From a virus, in IMG/VR virus record IMGVR_UViG_3300035338_000016, positions 14,784 to 78,783 of that record: 64,000 nt of DNA. One strand, given 5' to 3'. Of this stretch, positions 32,962 to 42,574 are shown in pieces; position 1 is the first letter of the stretch, and the number at the start of each line of letters is the position of its first letter. The translations under genes were made by a program, and so were the position numbers. Below the pieces are notes generated by a model. That model worked only from the letters and a program-made list of their open reading frames with translations. It was not told where the DNA came from and ran no database searches.

Positions 32962-33005
32962 TAAAACAGGTATTTGACCGCTAAAATAACACCATATGAT
33001 ACCTG
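32962..33005 (-). terminator. Intrinsic terminator/attenuator hairpin
   Basis: CAGGTAT...ATACCTG followed by TTTTAT on the minus strand. Confidence 0.5.
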
Positions 33006-33076
33006 CGAATTCTAATCACAAAGTTTCATATAGAATCAATAGCTTTAGTTGATTTTTGCTAAATTGGGTAATTGCC

Positions 33077-33105
33077 TTGATTAAGGCTAAAAGAATTGTT
33101 ATAAT
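33077..33105 (+). promoter_or_regulatory. Antisense sigmaA promoter
   Basis: TTGATT-17-TATAAT with extended TG. Confidence 0.7.
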
Positions 33106-33110
33106 AGAAA

Positions 33111-33190
33111 GAGCAATTCGGTTTATCCAATTGTGTTTTACATTGCTACTGATCCGGTCGCCAAACTAGCATCAGTAGCATATCTTTTAT
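33111..33190 (+). ncRNA. Putative cis-antisense RNA with CGCCAA loop
   Basis: Promoter followed by a 10-bp stem (33144-33153/33171-33180), a 17-nt loop and a U-rich tail. Confidence 0.55.
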
Positions 33191-33698
33191 TCAACTTCTT
33201 TACTACTTTTCTTACATTAAATTCTGTAGGGCATTGTTCTAAGTAATCAATCTTAGTGATAATAGCTTCTTTCTTCCCGAATTTTGTGTTGACTAAAATC
33301 ATATCACCGGGAAGCAAATCATTTTCCCATTCCGTCCAAGAATTAGGTACTCTCCATATGTATTGTTTATTCTTGTTATTTGGATGAACTCCCCAAATGT
33401 ATGTAGTCATTTGTGTTTTATACTCTGGTTCTTTATATTCATATGTAGGTTTGCGATTCAAGTAGCCTTTCTTGCGGTTTGAAATGACGATTTCAGCCTC
33501 TTCGATTTCTAAGTATTCAAGTACAAGATATTGAATATAGCCATCAATTAATTCTCCTTGGTGATTAATTACGATATATCTGTCTTGCTGTTTATGTTTA
33601 TCATAGTGCTTTAAACAGTCTGCAAACTTGGTAAGGCTTGGTGTAGTTTTTGTAAAAGACTCCTTAATCTTAATATCAGATAATTTCATTTTTCTCAT
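33138..33698 (-). CDS. ParB-like N-terminal domain protein
   Basis: MKLSDIKI...IVINHQGELIDGYIQYL. Confidence 0.55.
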   Translation of the reverse strand: MRKMKLSDIKIKESFTKTTPSLTKFADCLKHYDKHKQQDRYIVINHQGELIDGYIQYLVLEYLEIEEAEIVISNRKKGYLNRKPTYEYKEPEYKTQMTTYIWGVHPNNKNKQYIWRVPNSWTEWENDLLPGDMILVNTKFGKKEAIITKIDYLEQCPTEFNVRKVVKKLNKRYATDASLATGSVAM

Positions 33699-33716
33699 GT
33701 TTAATCATCCTTTCTT

Positions 33717-35729
33717 TTACCATCTAGTATTAAATTCATTCTCTACCTCTTCTGTTCTCCACCAAATAAGTTTTATATCAAAAAATTTTTCACATCTTTT
33801 ACATAATGAGTTGCCAAAGAAATCCCATGCTTTTGTGTCACCACAACAATCACATCGATTGTCTGGAACACAGAAACTCAATGACATTCTCTTTCCTGAT
33901 CTCTCCTCTGCATTACCAGTTAAAACTATTTGCATATTAAAATCTTCTGGTTCATGTATTCGGTGGAAGTCATTAAATTTAATAAGTCTTCCCACTCCAC
34001 TGAAATCTCTGTTTTCTGTTAAATCAACATTTCTCTTCATCTTTTTAACACCGACCTAACTTTATCAAAAAATGATAAGGGTTTGGTATTATTATTTAGT
34101 CTAAATGAATTTCTACTTTTTTGTTTCTCTTCCTCGAGATGTAACAATTGTTCTTTTAATTCAGAAATCTGTGTAGGAGTAGAAATAGTGATTTTTACAT
34201 CTTTGTCACTCTTCTTCTTAATTTCATATACCATCTTGTCAAGTGTTAGATCGCAATATTCATCAACCCAATCCCCTAAAAAATAGAATCTATCAGAAAT
34301 CATGCGGTTCTTAACCTCTTGGAAAGTTCCAAATAATATTGGGTCTTTTTCTCTGCGGGTTTGTTCTACTTTTCTTTCGACTTTTCCTGTGTAGTCGGTA
34401 AAAACAACATAAAACTTATCAAAGATGTTTTTAGTCTTTCCAATGATGTCAGCTATCTCATCTGGGATTTCCCTCTCATAATTTTCTAGTTCTATAATTT
34501 TAACTACATTTTTAGCCACTTCATCTATGTAATAATCAATATCGTCTTTGTAAACAAAAGAATTGATCCCCAAATCAATAATTTCTTTCTCTTTTTCAAC
34601 TATTTCCATGTGGAAGATAATCTTTTTCATTGCGGCTAACTGTCCAGTTAGATAATATTTATTTAGAAGCACTAAATATTGATTATAAAAACTGTCCATA
34701 TCATCCTTATTGACCGTACGCACCTTTGCTTTCACATAATCAAAATATTCAAGTGGGGTATATTCCTTATTGCTTTCATCTATAAAAACTACGTCATTTG
34801 CAACCTTGCTCACATTTATTCCTCCTTCTTCTCCATATGAAAGATTGGTTTAATCGGTATTATCCAAAAATCTTATGTTTTTCCAACCTTCTAACCCATT
34901 GCCCCAATCACAATATCTTTGTTCTACACAACAAAGTTCTAACCATCTTATTTCACTATTGTCATATAATTTAATTGGAATCCATGCAAATTTAACAATC
35001 TTTCTAGCTTTATGCTGAGTCGGTTTTACATATCTCATACTAACCAACCTCCTTTAAAATTCCAGTTCTATATTATGTAGTAAACAACATTTTGTTTTCT
35101 TTTGGATGATATGTTCTACTGTCCATACTCTTAACAAAACTGTTTATCTTATCTATATTAATGTCAACATTATTAGTGCAGTTGGCTACTTCCTTCAATA
35201 CCTGAAATTCATTCTTAATCAGCCTTCTTCTTTTTCTACATTCCGATAAGTTCTTAGCTGCAATATACCCCTGACAGGCATTAAACGACTTAAACTCAAT
35301 ATAATGCATCCAGTCACTAATCTCTCTATCTACTTTACTTAATTCCGCACATAATTGTGTTTTCTTGTTTTCTAAAGACTCTAAAAAATTATTCATATCG
35401 TTTACTTTTTCTAATAACGATGTAATTTCTTTTGAATCTGATACTTTTACTCCATTGTTTTTAATTTCATTTTCTGTCAAAGGAGCAATTAACACATCTT
35501 TTTTATCTTCTGATTTAATAACATTTTCTGGTTCTTCTGTGCCAACCTTCTCTACTCTATAAATTTTCCGTATTGATTTTGGTATGTAAGTATTTAAGAT
35601 TGTAGTTGCTTGGTCTTTCGTGTATGTATCTGCCATATCTAAACAATGAGCAGGTACATATTTACCTTGATAATTTTCGTACATGAATCGTTCACCATCT
35701 GTTATTACAAAGGCATCCATCATTATCAC
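33717..35729 (-). other. Four hypothetical CDS (33717-34040, 34037-34813, 34850-35047, 35073-35729)
   Basis: ORF track and SD sites. Confidence 0.75.
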
Positions 35730-35761
35730 CCCTTATATGTTTGTACCTATTAAATTTATAT

Positions 35762-37966
35762 TTAAGCTATCTTTTCGTTTGCTTTATCAATATGATGCTT
35801 CAAACTACCAATTAATTTATTTAACATTTCTACTTTACTAACATAGGCTTGTCCAGCATAAGAAGACTTTGATAATTTAACAAACCAATCAATACAATCT
35901 TCTTCATTTAAATCATTATCATAAACATACTTAACTACACTAACCAAAGCAGGAATATTTCCAGCGCTTAAAATTGCAGACTCGCTATCAACATCTAAAG
36001 TCCACTGATCTAATGAGGCTAAGTACAATAAGGTATCATCAATGTTATCACTCGTGAATTTGTTAGAGTCAACAAAATTGGTAATATCAGCATCAGACAG
36101 TTTGTCCACTCCACAAACCATCATTAAGCTCTGCATAGCGATTGTTGTCTTGTCTGAACCTTTTACAGAACAAACTTTAGTTAAATCAGAATTATTGAAA
36201 TCCACAATATACTTCTTTAATTCTTCACTTTCAATATGTAAATCTTCTTGTGTTTCTTCTTCGATATGTAAAAAACTGTTCATTAAACTTTCTAATAAGT
36301 TTAGTTTATCAATGACAATCTTTTTATCCTTCGTAGAATTGCTTTTATTATTTAAGTCATCATAACTGATATTATTTAATTTTGTTATATGTAATGACTG
36401 AGTAAATTCAGCCATAAATTCTACAAATCTTTCGTCGTCAAGTTCTGATTTGACAAATCTAGCAAATAATCCAAACCAGATAAATGAATCTCTTGAGTCA
36501 AACATATTGAATACTTCTTCATTTCCTACTTTTGTAAGTCTCAATACCATATCTTCAAAATTGTCAAACTGTTCAACTGTTGCATTGTCTTTCATAAACT
36601 CACACATGTCTTCTTGTTTCTTCTTCCAATTCTCAACAAAATTAGAAGCCATTACACTCTCAACAACTACACGATTAATAGTTCCATTTGTTGCTTCTGA
36701 CACCTTGTAACCACCCAAATCCTTAAAGAATTCCATATTAGAGATACTTTTTACATGAGATGCAAATTCTTCACCCAATCTTGTAATACCCTTTTGGGAA
36801 GCGTTCATTGGCTTGCCTTCGTTATATCTTGCGATATGATAAGCAATATCTTCATTAGAACAATTTAGATATTGCACTATTTCAAAGTTATAATCCTTAA
36901 TTTTGTCTTGCAATTCCTCCGGCAAATCAGAAAATTTTTTACTCCTAATATCAAAACTTCTCAATTCACTTTGTGGGAAACCATTAGCGTCAAGTATAAA
37001 TTTGCCGACTTCATCTTTAAGCTGCGCCTGATAGTGAATATCCCATCTACGAATGTTACGAGAAATTTTATATCCGTCATTGATAAAGGAATGGATGTTT
37101 GTACAACGCTGTTTTCCATCTAAGTCCCATATAATTGCCAAACCATTCAACACCTGTTCAGCAAATACAAGAGAGGGAATAGGGTTTCCTTGAAGCATAT
37201 CAGAGATTAAATTTCCTTTCATGGCGGGACTCCATTGACCAGACTCTCTCTGTAATGGATGGTCAAAACGAATTGTATAACTGTCAATTTTTTTCATAAT
37301 GGATGCCACACTTAATTTATCTGGTTTACTTTTTTCTAACGTCTGTACACTACCCATATTTTCTTCTTCCTCCTCTTGTAATCCATTGTTATTAGCATAT
37401 AATTCATATGTATTTTCAAATGATTTGATTTGCTCCCAGAGCTTATTGTATTGATTGTCTGTTAGATTCATCTTCTCTTTTATGATTGATGCCTCTAGTC
37501 CATTAATCTTATATTGTAAAAGCTTCTTTTGCTTGTCTGATAGATTATTATAGAACTTTTCAATTTTTTCATCTTTAAACTGAAAACCAAAATCGTTAGA
37601 ATAGATTTCGCAGTCAAGGTCAAAATCAGAAACAATCGTATCACTAACTGTAAACCCGTCATTCCCAATTGGAGTTTCAATGGATATTTCTTCTTTTCCC
37701 TTTTCAGGCTTTCTCTTTTTTCTGTTTCTTCTGGTCATTTCAGTCTTAACTTTATTGGATATACAACTATAAAGAAAACCATCGAAACTTTGTTCTCCAT
37801 CATATCTTTTTAAAACATCTGAAAAGACTTCGTTTGCCAACGAATAAAAATCATCACAATCTTTTTGACAAACACTAGGGAATTTTCTCAATATTGAATT
37901 AACCATCTTATGCAAACGACTCCCCTCATTTGCGTAATAATGTTCTAAAAATACAGAGCTATCCAT
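35762..37966 (-). CDS. Sigma70-family factor (regions 2 and 4) fused to a DUF262/ParB-like domain
   Basis: DDFYSLANEVF...SFDGFLYSCISNKV and LSDKQKKLL...KMNL; then HPLQR...W...NLI...GNPIP...DGKQR. Confidence 0.8.
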   Translation of the reverse strand: MDSSVFLEHYYANEGSRLHKMVNSILRKFPSVCQKDCDDFYSLANEVFSDVLKRYDGEQSFDGFLYSCISNKVKTEMTRRNRKKRKPEKGKEEISIETPIGNDGFTVSDTIVSDFDLDCEIYSNDFGFQFKDEKIEKFYNNLSDKQKKLLQYKINGLEASIIKEKMNLTDNQYNKLWEQIKSFENTYELYANNNGLQEEEEENMGSVQTLEKSKPDKLSVASIMKKIDSYTIRFDHPLQRESGQWSPAMKGNLISDMLQGNPIPSLVFAEQVLNGLAIIWDLDGKQRCTNIHSFINDGYKISRNIRRWDIHYQAQLKDEVGKFILDANGFPQSELRSFDIRSKKFSDLPEELQDKIKDYNFEIVQYLNCSNEDIAYHIARYNEGKPMNASQKGITRLGEEFASHVKSISNMEFFKDLGGYKVSEATNGTINRVVVESVMASNFVENWKKKQEDMCEFMKDNATVEQFDNFEDMVLRLTKVGNEEVFNMFDSRDSFIWFGLFARFVKSELDDERFVEFMAEFTQSLHITKLNNISYDDLNNKSNSTKDKKIVIDKLNLLESLMNSFLHIEEETQEDLHIESEELKKYIVDFNNSDLTKVCSVKGSDKTTIAMQSLMMVCGVDKLSDADITNFVDSNKFTSDNIDDTLLYLASLDQWTLDVDSESAILSAGNIPALVSVVKYVYDNDLNEEDCIDWFVKLSKSSYAGQAYVSKVEMLNKLIGSLKHHIDKANEKIA

Positions 37967-38028
37967 GAAACGCCTCCTTATTATGGAATTTTTTGTATAA
38001 ATTTGTAAAAATATTAGTAGAATTTTGC

Positions 38029-38057
38029 TTGAAATAAGCGAGACATGTAGGTATAAT
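38029..38057 (+). promoter_or_regulatory. Antisense sigmaA promoter
   Basis: TTGAAA-17-TATAAT. Confidence 0.7.
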
Positions 38058-38061
38058 ATGA

Positions 38062-38140
38062 AAATAGGCGCACTTATAGTGTGTTTATGGGAGGTAGTAC
38101 CCGACTAGGCGACCAAACTTCGGCGGGTACTACCTTAACT
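38062..38140 (+). ncRNA. Putative two-hairpin antisense RNA
   Basis: GU-containing hairpin 38065-38087; 12-bp stem 38092-38103/38124-38135 with CGACCAAAC loop. Confidence 0.55.
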
Positions 38141-38225
38141 ATTTATATTACATCTTAATCCTCAATTCTATTTTATCTTCTGTAAACAATTAAAAACTTA
38201 TGTAAAATTTAACAGGAACAATCAA

Positions 38226-38279
38226 AGTATAGTACGAATGAATGTTCCTGTCAATACAAATACACCGAAATTTTGTTCT
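38226..38279 (-). promoter_or_regulatory. sigmaA promoter for the sigma-DUF262 gene with LexA (Cheo)-like boxes
   Basis: TTGACA (38249-54)-17-TATACT (38226-31); CGAATGAATGTTCC in the spacer (38235-48); CGAAATTTTGTTCT at 38266-79. Confidence 0.7.
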
Positions 38280-38296
38280 ACTTTATTCGACAATAC

Positions 38297-38590
38297 CTAC
38301 CTTAAGAGTATGATATTTTGAATTCCTTTAGGCTTTAGGTTCATAATATCAGGCTGTATTTCCGTAAACACTTTGAGCTGTTTGACAAAGTCATCACAAA
38401 ATGATGCTATTGTTTCAGCATCTTTTATCATAGTTTCACAATCTAATTTTAATCTTGGATAGAATTGGCAATCAATATCTTTTGCAGTTTCGAGGTCTGT
38501 AATTGCCACCATAACTTTTTTACCCTTTGAGGATTGCAACAATTTAATTGCCTCTTCAGTTGTTACTTCTATATATTTCATATTTCCCAT
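38297..38590 (-). CDS. Hypothetical protein downstream of mazF
   Basis: 97-aa ORF with SD. Confidence 0.7.
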   Translation of the reverse strand: MGNMKYIEVTTEEAIKLLQSSKGKKVMVAITDLETAKDIDCQFYPRLKLDCETMIKDAETIASFCDDFVKQLKVFTEIQPDIMNLKPKGIQNIILLR

Positions 38591-38604
38591 AGTCTAACCC
38601 CCAA

Positions 38605-38955
38605 TTAATCTCCAAAATTCGCATCATATACTCTTTTAATTTCTTTTAAAGCCTTTGGACTAGTAACTTTACCCATCTTTTTTATTATTCTTTCTTCTGA
38701 AATTACACGCATTTGTTCTCCCAACAACATAGAATCTACTTTAAGTCCGTTGTCATCATCCTTTTCAATCAGTGCATGAGTTGGGATATGTAGACTTTTA
38801 ATGACATGCGTTAATGGCATGACAATAGTTGTTGAACTGTGAACGTTTCCAATATTATTTTGTATGACAATAGCATATCTTATTTTCCCTTGTTCAGATC
38901 CAACCGAACCTGTCAAGTCTACTTTAACTACATCATTTTTAAGAATACCCGTCAT
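38605..38955 (-). CDS. mazF: MazF/PemK-family endoribonuclease
   Basis: VGSEQGKIRYAIVIQNNIGN...TTIVMPLT...PTH; the catalytic Arg and Thr equivalents are retained. Confidence 0.92.
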   Translation of the reverse strand: MTGILKNDVVKVDLTGSVGSEQGKIRYAIVIQNNIGNVHSSTTIVMPLTHVIKSLHIPTHALIEKDDDNGLKVDSMLLGEQMRVISEERIIKKMGKVTSPKALKEIKRVYDANFGD

Positions 38956-38999
38956 ATCACATCCCCCTTTCTAATATTTACCTTTTTTACTTATCTTGA

Positions 39000-39085
39000 A
39001 TTATAGCAAGTTGATATCAACTTGTCAATAGGTATATGGCAATTTATTCAAAAAAGTTGACATCAATCTTGTATCAGCCTATAAT
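39000..39085. promoter_or_regulatory. Back-to-back consensus sigmaA promoters with palindromic operators
   Basis: Leftward TTGACA (39023-28)-17-TATAAT (39000-05); rightward TTGACA (39057-62)-17-TATAAT (39080-85); perfect palindrome CAAGTTGATATCAACTTG at 39007-24 and a degenerate copy at 39054-70. Confidence 0.85.
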
Positions 39086-39120
39086 CAAGTTACCATAAGA
39101 AATTTGAAAGGAGAATTAAT

Positions 39121-39279
39121 ATGGCAGCAGGTCAAATTTCAGATAAAAACACAAGAATCGCAGTTACCATTCCAAAAGATTTAAAGTTTGAAGCAGAGGT
39201 TATTGCTACAAAAGAAAATAGATCATTAAGCAATTTAATAGTTACATTACTCTCTAAGTATGTAGCTGAAAATAAATAA
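39121..39279 (+). CDS. 52-aa ribbon-helix-helix (Arc/CopG-like) regulator
   Basis: Not in track; GAAAGGAG SD; TRIAVTIPKDLKFEAEVIATKENRSLSNLIVTLL. Confidence 0.85.
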   Translation: MAAGQISDKNTRIAVTIPKDLKFEAEVIATKENRSLSNLIVTLLSKYVAENK

Positions 39280-39287
39280 TAATAATA

Positions 39288-39316
39288 AAAGACGATAATA
39301 ATTAATTATCGTCTTT
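39288..39316. terminator. Bidirectional terminator
   Basis: AAAGACGATAAT-AATTA-ATTATCGTCTTT between convergent genes. Confidence 0.75.
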
Positions 39317-39352
39317 ACATTCCTTATTCACATGAAATTCCACATTCAAACG

Positions 39353-39898
39353 TTACTTTTCATTTCTCTCAAACCCTAAAATCAATCCAGTATTCTGTCC
39401 ATCAATCATATCTTTAAGTATCGTACACTGAATAGGGAAAATTTCATCATGTTTTTTATTTAATAAACTATATGTCAGTGCTGTATATTTCTTAAAATAA
39501 CTATCAGGTAAACTACCATACCAAAATGCTATTAGCTCTCCATTTTCTGTAATTAGAATCGGATGCTGATAACTTATATCGAATAGATTGCCAAGTTCTG
39601 GAGGTGACATGAATCCTCTGAGTGTTGTTCCATCCGCTAAAATAAAGTCTGTCTTAACAAGAAACATCCATTGTTCTTCATCTGATGGTACTTTACCACT
39701 CCAAGGTCTAAAGATTTCTTCGTCCGTATCATCATACCAATCTTCATCATAATCTAGGCAGTGACATCCTACCCATACTGGACAAACTTCAAAATCTGAA
39801 TTCCTTAATTCATTATGTTGTTTTAAAATTGGTTTTTCTTTATTGACGCTTTCTTTGAGTTCTATTGAATCATTATTAAATAATGGTTTTTTATTCAT
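39353..39898 (-). CDS. Hypothetical acidic protein
   Basis: 181-aa ORF with SD. Confidence 0.65.
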   Translation of the reverse strand: MNKKPLFNNDSIELKESVNKEKPILKQHNELRNSDFEVCPVWVGCHCLDYDEDWYDDTDEEIFRPWSGKVPSDEEQWMFLVKTDFILADGTTLRGFMSPPELGNLFDISYQHPILITENGELIAFWYGSLPDSYFKKYTALTYSLLNKKHDEIFPIQCTILKDMIDGQNTGLILGFERNEK

Positions 39899-39957
39899 TT
39901 TTCTTGCCTCCTCGATATAATTACAGCAACTTATGTCCCGTTAATTAATTGCTTTGT

Positions 39958-40623
39958 TCACTCGTTTGTATTTATTAGTTCATTAGCTTTATCAGGGTTC
40001 ACATTATCAAAATCATCGTTTATAACATTTCCATTGATTGTATATGTAAAACTATAATGGTCTGGTATTTGAGTGTCTGTGTCAGGATAAGTGATTATCG
40101 CAACAAAATTACTGCAACCACCAGCATCTCTAATTACCTTTTCCATGTAAGCTTGATTTCCATGTCTATTTAATGTACTATTTTGTGGTGTGATATTGTA
40201 AGCATTTGAAACACCGCCAAGAGAATCGGCAATCACATGTCCTTCATCTAAATCCTTTCTCTCCGTTCCCGGTACTTTAGCTTCATCTGAATAATACCTA
40301 CCTTTCGAATTAACTGGCTCGACAGAATCGTCTTGTAATATGATTTTATTTGCTGTGACCATTACAAGTTGTCCGAATTCGTTAGTATAAGCCCAATATT
40401 CTCTGTCACCAAATCCTATGTCAACAATAACATTAGGCTCTCTATGTCCTGATAGATCGCCTCCGTCTATTTCAATTAGTTTATTTTCGCTGTATTGGTT
40501 TTCGATTACGCCATCGTATGCTGAAGTTGATTTGGATATATTTATTGCCTCTGTATTAATTATGGCATATATCGCAATTATTAAGCTTATTACTAAGCTA
40601 AAGGTTGTTTTCTTATTTTTCAT
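39958..40623 (-). CDS. Secreted DNA/RNA non-specific endonuclease (His-Me finger)
   Basis: N-terminal signal/TM, NEFGQLV, DEGHVIADSLGG, NITPQNSTLN. Confidence 0.85.
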   Translation of the reverse strand: MKNKKTTFSLVISLIIAIYAIINTEAINISKSTSAYDGVIENQYSENKLIEIDGGDLSGHREPNVIVDIGFGDREYWAYTNEFGQLVMVTANKIILQDDSVEPVNSKGRYYSDEAKVPGTERKDLDEGHVIADSLGGVSNAYNITPQNSTLNRHGNQAYMEKVIRDAGGCSNFVAIITYPDTDTQIPDHYSFTYTINGNVINDDFDNVNPDKANELINTNE

Positions 40624-40658
40624 ATCTGTTGCCCCTTACTTATAATTCGAATTAGATA

Positions 40659-42390
40659 TTATTGTATAATGCGTATTCCACAACCCTCACATGCAGCGTG
40701 AATATGACCATTTATTTCTGCTCTTGCACCAACTGCTGCTCCTCCACATATAGGACAAGTAAACTCATAGGGCTTACCTCTTTCAACTATAATTTTGTCT
40801 GCTTCTAAAATGAATTTCAAATACCCATCAGCTTTATTTTCATCTTTATTCATGTTTAACCTTACCTTTCAAATAAGTAATTCATTTGCTCAATTAAAAT
40901 TGTTAATTTACTTATTTTTCAATTGAACATTAAATAAATATTCCAATGTATTATAATGTATTATTCTATTTTCAACTAGTGTTATTACATTGCTAATACT
41001 ATCTTTCAATTCCGAAATATAATCAATTAACTCTTCTTTAGTACATTCTTCAATTGCTACTCCATCTTGTTCTATTTCTGTTAGTTTTGTCAATATTTCT
41101 AACATGATATTCTTCTCCTATCATAAAATCAGCATTCATTTGCTACTATTTTTGAATACTTTCTAATCTTAGACTTAGTTAGTTCATAATTAAATGTGGT
41201 TGAGCATATCAACATTAAATCAGCCTGATCAATATGATTATACTTTTCTAAAAATGGAACTATTGTTTTCATATAATCATCTTGTATTTGTTCATACCTT
41301 GTATCATCAATTTGTCCATTGTCTGCCCTATTTAATTTTTCCATACTTATAATTCATTCTCCAATCCTATTGCATTATTTTAACTCCACAACCATCACAG
41401 GCTGCGTGTATATGACCGTTAATACTTGCTTTAGCTCCTACGGCTTTACCACCACACAGAGGACATATAAACTCGTATGGTGTATCAGGATCAATTATAA
41501 CTTTGCTCGCTTCCGAAAGAAAAGTAAAACATTTTTGTAATGCTTCATTGTCATTCATCTATACTCTCCATTCTAACAGTTCCACACTTTGGGCATGAAT
41601 ATAAACTAACATTAAAATATTCTTGATAATTATAGTTACCGTGTTCACAAGGATAAGGATTTTCTATCATAACTGAATTATGTGTATAAATTTGAATAAA
41701 TCTTTCGTCACCAATAATGTTTTTATATCCTTCAGACGTCCATTCACCTTCATGTTCATAGCCACAAGCTGCGCACTTCATATTTATTGCCCTCTTTCTA
41801 AAACAGAATTTTATTTTCAATCATATTAATAACATTATTAATTTGATTTTTTAACTCTGCAATATAATCAATTAACTCTTCATTCGTACACTCTTCAATA
41901 GCAATACCATCTCTTTCTATTACCTTTAATTTTTCTAATACTTCTTCTATATTAGTCACCCCCAATTCTTTTATGTAAAACTTAGTTTTTACTAAGTTCA
42001 TCTTTGAATATTTTGCAGCTCTCAACTTCATAGCCCATATCAATTAAATCTTCTTCAACTAAAAATCTTAAGGTTTCTTCTGTATTTTCAGGATCATCAC
42101 TTAGATCCGTTTCAATATCAATTAATAATCTGGCTTTAATTTTCATAGTCCCTCCGTTAAAAATCTTCTAATTCAATATCTTTATCTCTTGTATTAAACT
42201 CAAATCCACATGTAGTACATTTTACGTCCATAAATCGCAAATCAATTCTATCATGAATACTATTACCACAATAATCCATTGTCGCTTCTTTTGGGTTCAT
42301 CAAATTAATTATATTGCCACATTCAGGACAAATCATTTCTGCCCTTCTTAATGGAGCAATTTCATATTCTACTTTAATTTTTATGCTCAA
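40659..42390 (-). other. Small CDS cluster with two internal paralog pairs
   Basis: 40659-40853 and 41367-41558 share YEF.CP.CGG.AVGA.A.INGHIHAAC.GCG; 40908-41105 and 41798-42043 share IE.DG.AIEECT.EELIDYI.ELK; also 41129-41344, 41551-41820, 42157-42390. Confidence 0.8.
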
Positions 42391-42393
42391 TAA

Positions 42394-42567
42394 TTATACA
42401 CTCCTTCTATTCCATTTATCAATCAGCTCTTGCTTTGAATTCCCTGTGAATTGGCAACCACAAGTGCATTCTAAAATTGCTACGCTACCTAACTTTTTTA
42501 TTTGAATGTTTTCATACTTCTCTCCACAAAAAGGGCAGTCCATTTTGATTCTTTTATCTTGTGCCAT
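42394..42567 (-). CDS. Lar-family restriction alleviation-like protein (57 aa)
   Basis: Not in track; CPFCG...CTCGC...KWNRR signature. Confidence 0.65.
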   Translation of the reverse strand: MAQDKRIKMDCPFCGEKYENIQIKKLGSVAILECTCGCQFTGNSKQELIDKWNRRSV

Positions 42568-42574
42568 AATTTCC

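Noticed and set aside
33007-33160. Hydrophobic type I toxin-like frame on the minus strand (WINRIALSIITILLALIKAI)
   Set aside because: No start codon or SD; it overlaps the antisense promoter, which explains the composition
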